Positions 16,678-20,415 of a stretch of 20,415 nt of DNA are shown piece after piece. Position 1 is the first letter of the stretch. Each line of letters opens with the position of its first letter. A model generated the notes under the pieces. That model was not told the DNA's origin and made no database searches. It saw nothing but the letters and a program-made list of their open reading frames with translations. The DNA is taken from positions 1 to 20,415 of the forward strand of contig JAWLEP010000043.1 in the NCBI GenBank assembly GCA_041686025.1. Reading direction: 5' to 3'. This DNA is from Candidatus Fermentibacteraceae bacterium. Its GTDB lineage: Bacteria > Fermentibacterota > Fermentibacteria > Fermentibacterales > JCC-6. A program made the position numbers and the translations under genes.

Positions 16678-18168
16678 TCAGCTCCGCCAGGCGCGGCGGC
16701 TGAACAGCAGCAGCACCGGCAGTATCTCCAGCCTTCCGGCCACCATTCCGAATATGTAGACAACCTTGATCAGCGGGTCCAGTCCGCCCATCTCCGCCAC
16801 CGGTATGTAGCAGGGACCGATGTTCCCCAGGGCGCTGAACATCCCCGAGGCCGACTGCAGGGGGCCGTAGTCGGAGAGGACGGCTGTCACGCCGGCTCCC
16901 GCCAGCAGCAGGACCATCCAACCGAAGAGGAGGGAGGAGACCCTGTGGGCCTCCGCGGGATCCAGAAGGCCTCCGTCCACAACCGTCCTCTTCACCGCCC
17001 TGCGGGGCAGGAAGATCCGCTCCAGCTCCTGTTTCAGCTGCCTGTAGAGTATGCCCACCCGCAGCACCTTGATTCCCCCTCCGGTGGACCCCACGCAGCC
17101 CCCTGTCACCATCATGGCCAGGAACAGCAGACGGGCCAGGCCTCCGAAATATGGGGAGCCGATGTCCCGGGTGCCGAAACCGGTGGTAGTGGTGATGGAC
17201 ACCACCTGGAAGAGGGTGGTCCGGACCTCCGCCTCCAGACCGCCCATGGCTCCCGACGCCCACCTCTCCACCAGTATCAGGGCGGTGAATCCCACCAGCA
17301 GCGACCACCAGAGGCGCATCTCCAGCCCCCTGAACAGGGAGAGGGGCTTTCCGGACAGGACGCTGTAGTGCACCACGAAGCTGGTTCCCCCCAGGAACAT
17401 GCCCAGTATCAGGACGTACTCGAGCGCCCGGAAGTGGGCCAGCCCCGTATTCGCGTAGTGGGCTATGCTGGCGTCGTAGGGGGAGAAACCGCCGGTGGAG
17501 AGGGCGGTGAAGGCGTGACATACGCCGTCGAAAAGCGACACCCCGCACAGCCTCAGCAGCAGGGCTATGCCCAGGGTGAAGGCCGTGTATATCAGCCAGA
17601 GGATCCTGACCGTATGCGCCATCCCCGGCACCGGCCGGCCGGAGTCTATCTTGTGGGTCTCCGCTCCGTACAGGTTGTAGGCCCCCGGGACCTCCGCGGT
17701 GACGCCCAGAAAGAAGGTCAGTATGCCCAGGCCTCCCACCCACTGGGTCAGCGCTCGCCAGAAGATGATGCTGCGGGGCAGCCCGTCCAGGCCTGTGATC
17801 ATGGTGATGCCGGTGGTGGTGAAACCGCTCACCGTCTCGAAGTAGCCGTCCAGAAAGTCAGTGGTGCCGGATATGACGAAGGGCATCGCGCCCACGGCGG
17901 ACAGCAGGAACCAGGCCAGGCCGCAGAGGAGCATGGCCTGGGCGACGGTGGGCGTCCGCGGCCGGAAGACCAGCCGCAGCAGCGCACCCAGGGCCACTGA
18001 CCCCCCTGCGGGGAAGGCGAATGCGTTCACGGTGCTCCAGCTCTGGTGATGCTCCGAGTAGAGCGCGGCCACCAGTATGGGAAGAAGCATTATCAGGCCC
18101 AGCACCATGAGAAGCGACCCGCTGAAGCCCAGTACCGTCCTGATCGACCTGCCTGTGCTCAGCCCCAC
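16678..18168 (-). CDS. trkH: Trk system potassium uptake membrane protein (496 aa)
   Basis: Four pore-loop signatures FETVSGFTTTG, LSTGGFS, TTTTGF and ALGNIGP, plus QWVGGLG, GGCVGSTGGGIK and GRLE. The GTG start has no clear SD, so the start is approximate. Confidence 0.95.
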   Translation of the reverse strand: MGLSTGRSIRTVLGFSGSLLMVLGLIMLLPILVAALYSEHHQSWSTVNAFAFPAGGSVALGALLRLVFRPRTPTVAQAMLLCGLAWFLLSAVGAMPFVISGTTDFLDGYFETVSGFTTTGITMITGLDGLPRSIIFWRALTQWVGGLGILTFFLGVTAEVPGAYNLYGAETHKIDSGRPVPGMAHTVRILWLIYTAFTLGIALLLRLCGVSLFDGVCHAFTALSTGGFSPYDASIAHYANTGLAHFRALEYVLILGMFLGGTSFVVHYSVLSGKPLSLFRGLEMRLWWSLLVGFTALILVERWASGAMGGLEAEVRTTLFQVVSITTTTGFGTRDIGSPYFGGLARLLFLAMMVTGGCVGSTGGGIKVLRVGILYRQLKQELERIFLPRRAVKRTVVDGGLLDPAEAHRVSSLLFGWMVLLLAGAGVTAVLSDYGPLQSASGMFSALGNIGPCYIPVAEMGGLDPLIKVVYIFGMVAGRLEILPVLLLFSRRAWRS

Positions 18169-18183
18169 AAGCTCATCGCGGCG

Positions 18184-18759
18184 TCAGAAACCATACTGCA
18201 GAGTAACTCCGGCAACGGGATCCATGAGCCCCTTGCCGAGCTCCACCTCCGCGCCGAACTTTGGCCCGAATCCTTCGCCGAGGTGGTAGATGCAACCCAG
18301 GGTGGCGGTGACTCCGGAGCCGAAAACCTCCTCAAGGTCCAGCCATCCGTCCTCGCCTTCGTCTTCCCAGTCCGGACGGTAGCCCAAAGCACCGTACGGC
18401 TCCCAGCCTCCCAGCTGCCTCGACGCCAGAAGAGCGGTCCTGGAGGGGAATCCGGCTACCACGTCCTGCTCCACGGCGATGTCGGCGAAGCCGTTCTTCG
18501 GCGCTTGCAGGCGGAACCCCCCGCACAGCCCCCAGTCATCCCCATCCTGGTTGTAGGCCAGCACGTTTACACCGAGCCCGGGCCAGGAGGAGGCGGGCAG
18601 GCCCGTCTCGACGTTCAGTCCCGGCACGACATCGCCGTCCACGTACACGGCCTGCGCCCCGGCGCTGAAGGGAACCACACGTGCGGTGTGAAAAGTCCCG
18701 AAGCAGGAACAGGCTATCAGCAGAACCGCCAATGCCGATGTTGCGAGTAGCGCTCTCAT
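18184..18759 (-). CDS. Putative outer-membrane beta-barrel protein with lipoprotein-like N-terminus (191 aa)
   Basis: Start moved to ATG 18759 (SD GGAGGT). Signal peptide ending LLIACSC. Gly-rich amphipathic strands. C-terminal beta-signal VAGVTLQYGF. Confidence 0.65.
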   Translation of the reverse strand: MRALLATSALAVLLIACSCFGTFHTARVVPFSAGAQAVYVDGDVVPGLNVETGLPASSWPGLGVNVLAYNQDGDDWGLCGGFRLQAPKNGFADIAVEQDVVAGFPSRTALLASRQLGGWEPYGALGYRPDWEDEGEDGWLDLEEVFGSGVTATLGCIYHLGEGFGPKFGAEVELGKGLMDPVAGVTLQYGF

Positions 18760-18846
18760 GCGGACCTCCAGGTTTGTGCAATCCATTTCCGCTTTTGCGG
18801 AGCTTCCATTCCCCAAGATCAGCGATTTGCACTCGGGGAGCAAGTG

Positions 18847-18874
18847 TTGACTGTCACACCGCGGCAGGTATAGT
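18847..18874 (+). promoter_or_regulatory. Sigma70-type promoter upstream of the Trp leader and trpB2
   Basis: TTGACT (18847-18852), 16-nt spacer, TATAGT (18869-18874). Both boxes match consensus at 5/6 in otherwise GC-rich DNA. Confidence 0.7.
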
Positions 18875-18884
18875 TACAGTCACC

Positions 18885-18980
18885 ATGAGGGAAGCGAAGA
18901 GACTTCACGCCCGTGTGAACGACAGCTGGTCCTGGAGCCTCCGGACCTGGTGGGCGGCCTCCGCCGCCCATCGTCTTTAG
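18885..18980 (+). CDS. Trp-rich leader peptide, TrpL-like (31 aa, MREAKRLHARVNDSWSWSLRTWWAASAAHRL)
   Basis: ATG 10 nt after the -10 box. Four TGG codons (18927, 18933, 18948, 18951) including a tandem WW. Stop is 58 nt before the tryptophan synthase beta gene. Confidence 0.75.
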   Translation: MREAKRLHARVNDSWSWSLRTWWAASAAHRL

Positions 18981-19038
18981 TCTCTCTCTACCGACCCAAC
19001 TTACATTTTAACGCAGGAACCAAACGGAGGAGGCTCCG
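18928..19038 (+). promoter_or_regulatory. Putative attenuator RNA structures of the trpB2 leader
   Basis: Hairpin A 18928-18947 (GGTCC...GGACC). Hairpin B TGGGCGGC (18951-18958) / GCCGCCCA (18963-18970) followed by a pyrimidine-rich tail. GGAGCCTCC (18934-18942) is the exact reverse complement of GGAGGCTCC (19029-19037), which spans the trpB2 SD. Confidence 0.6.
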
Positions 19039-20388
19039 ATGCGACGCTTTGCACCCAGAGATTTTGAACTGCTTCCCGAGAGCTACTACAACCTCAAGCC
19101 CCGGCTGAAGAGGCTGCCGCGGCCCCCGCTTCACCCGGCAACCGGAGAACCACTTTCCCCCTCGGACCTGGAGCCCCTGTTCCCCCGGGGGTTCATCGCC
19201 CACGAGGGCAGCATGGAGCGGGAGGTGGAGATACCGGGGCCGGTGAGGAGCGCGTACTCCATCTACAGGCCCACCCCGCTTGTCAGGGCGCTGGGCCTGG
19301 AGCGGGCCCTGGACACGCCGGCGGAGATCTACTTCAAGTTCGAGGGCGTGGGCCCCATGGGGAGCCACAAGAGCAACACGGCCATCGCCCAGGCCTTCCT
19401 GGCAGCCGAGGAGGGGGTGACCACCCTCACCACCGAGACCGGTGCCGGGCAGTGGGGCTCTGCCCTGTCCCATGCGGCCCGGCCATTCGGGCTGGACGTC
19501 AGGGTCTTCATGGTGCGCTGCAGCTTCAGGCAGAAGCCGGGCCGAAAGACGCTGATGGAGCTGTGCGGGGCCAGCGTGGTGGAGAGCCCCAGCCACCTGA
19601 CCGCCACCGGCAGGCGCTACTTCGAAGAGGACGCCGACCATCCGGGAAGCCTGGGAATAGCCATCTCGGAGGCGGTTGAGATGGCGGTGGAGGTGGACGA
19701 CGTCCGCTACTCCCTGGGCTCTGTGCTGGACGCGGTAATGCTTCACCAGTCGGTGATCGGGCAGGAGGCCCGCAGGCAGATGGAGCACTTCGGGGCTCCC
19801 CCGGACGTGGTGGTGGGCTGCGTGGGCGGCGGGTCCAACTTCGCCGGCCTGGCCTTTCCCTTCGTGGGGGAGATGCTGGAAGGCGGCGGCCGGACCAGGT
19901 TCGTGGCTGTGGAGCCGGAGCTCTGCCCCACCCTTACCCGGGGGCCGCTGGGGTACGACAGCGGGGACAGCGCCGGCCTCACCCCCCTGGTCTACATGCA
20001 CTCGCTGGGCAGGGACTTCGTCCCGCCCCCCATCCATGCCGGAGGACTGCGATACCACGGCATGGCGCCTCTGGTGAGCCAGCTGGTGGCCGACGGCATC
20101 GTGGAGCCCCTGGCCCTGGGCCAGGAGGAGGTATTCAGGGCGGGACGTCTGTTCCTGGAGTCCGAAGGGGTGCTTCCGGCCCCCGAGTCCTCCCACGCGG
20201 TGGCCGCGGCCATACGGGAGGCGGAGAGGGCACGGGAGGAGGAGGCCCGCCGCCGTATACTGCTGGGCCTCTCCGGACACGGCCTTCTGGACCTCGGCGC
20301 CTACGAGGCTCCGTCCGCCCCGGCGTTTACAGGGCGGCTGCGCCGGGGGTATAGTGCTCTCGAAGACAAGGAGCTCCCACACTCTTGA
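19039..20388 (+). CDS. trpB2: Tryptophan synthase beta chain-like PLP-dependent enzyme, TrpB2 type (449 aa)
   Basis: SD GGAGGAGG. TrpB2-type N-terminal extension (LP..YYNL, PPLHPATGEP). Motifs RPTPLVRA..LE, GSHKSNTA (PLP lysine), TETGAGQWGSAL, GCVGGGSNFAG, PIHAGGLRYHG, PAPESSHA and LSGHGLLD. Confidence 0.95.
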   Translation: MRRFAPRDFELLPESYYNLKPRLKRLPRPPLHPATGEPLSPSDLEPLFPRGFIAHEGSMEREVEIPGPVRSAYSIYRPTPLVRALGLERALDTPAEIYFKFEGVGPMGSHKSNTAIAQAFLAAEEGVTTLTTETGAGQWGSALSHAARPFGLDVRVFMVRCSFRQKPGRKTLMELCGASVVESPSHLTATGRRYFEEDADHPGSLGIAISEAVEMAVEVDDVRYSLGSVLDAVMLHQSVIGQEARRQMEHFGAPPDVVVGCVGGGSNFAGLAFPFVGEMLEGGGRTRFVAVEPELCPTLTRGPLGYDSGDSAGLTPLVYMHSLGRDFVPPPIHAGGLRYHGMAPLVSQLVADGIVEPLALGQEEVFRAGRLFLESEGVLPAPESSHAVAAAIREAERAREEEARRRILLGLSGHGLLDLGAYEAPSAPAFTGRLRRGYSALEDKELPHS

Positions 20389-20402
20389 AGAAGGAGACCC
20401 TG

Positions 20403-20415
20403 ATGATCCGTACCG
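20403..20415 (+). CDS. Probable start of the next gene, truncated by the window edge (MIRT...)
   Basis: SD AAGGAG at 20391-20396 followed by ATG at 20403, 14 nt after the trpB2 stop. Only four codons are visible. Confidence 0.5.

Noticed and set aside
14895..17743. Apparent long N-terminal extensions or fusions (622-aa and 603-aa ORFs)
   Set aside because: The extensions are alternative frames over trkA and trkH. The real starts at 15935 and 16663 give clean domain boundaries and operon-type spacing.
18760..18846. Riboswitch upstream of the OM protein-trkH-trkA operon (e.g. c-di-AMP or c-di-GMP type)
   Set aside because: Only one small hairpin (TCCGC/GCGGA) is present, the space is short, and consensus motifs are missing.
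18951..18980. Classical intrinsic terminator in the trp leader
   Set aside because: The stem is strong but followed by TCGTCTTTAG rather than a U-run, and it lies inside the leader ORF. Kept only as an attenuator element.

Overview
GC-rich, gene-dense chromosomal segment from a diderm (Gram-negative type) bacterium. Many secreted and outer-membrane proteins look acidic. The gene style suggests an FCB-group lineage such as Fermentibacterota, but this is inference only. Contents in order: an OprO/P-like porin with an intrinsic terminator; a small Zn-ribbon protein; a 6-bladed beta-propeller lipoprotein; a stand-alone lamin-tail-domain (LTD) protein converging on a translationally coupled operon of porin, VTC-domain polyphosphate polymerase and DUF4956 membrane protein; a divergent pair (small secreted protein and Zn-ribbon membrane protein); two tandem RND permeases plus a membrane fusion protein; a 179-bp nested inverted-repeat element; an operon of OM protein, trkH, trkA and secreted DUF1028-TPR protein; and trpB2 preceded by a promoter and an unannotated 31-aa Trp-rich leader peptide with competing RNA pairings. 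The three most notable items are the apparent non-classical Trp attenuator on trpB2, the porin-VTC-DUF4956(-LTD) candidate polyphosphate synthesis/translocation module lacking CotH, and the REPIN/MITE-like nested inverted repeat. No rRNA, tRNA, CRISPR array or transposase was found. Several starts were moved from the ORF track to codons with a Shine-Dalgarno sequence.
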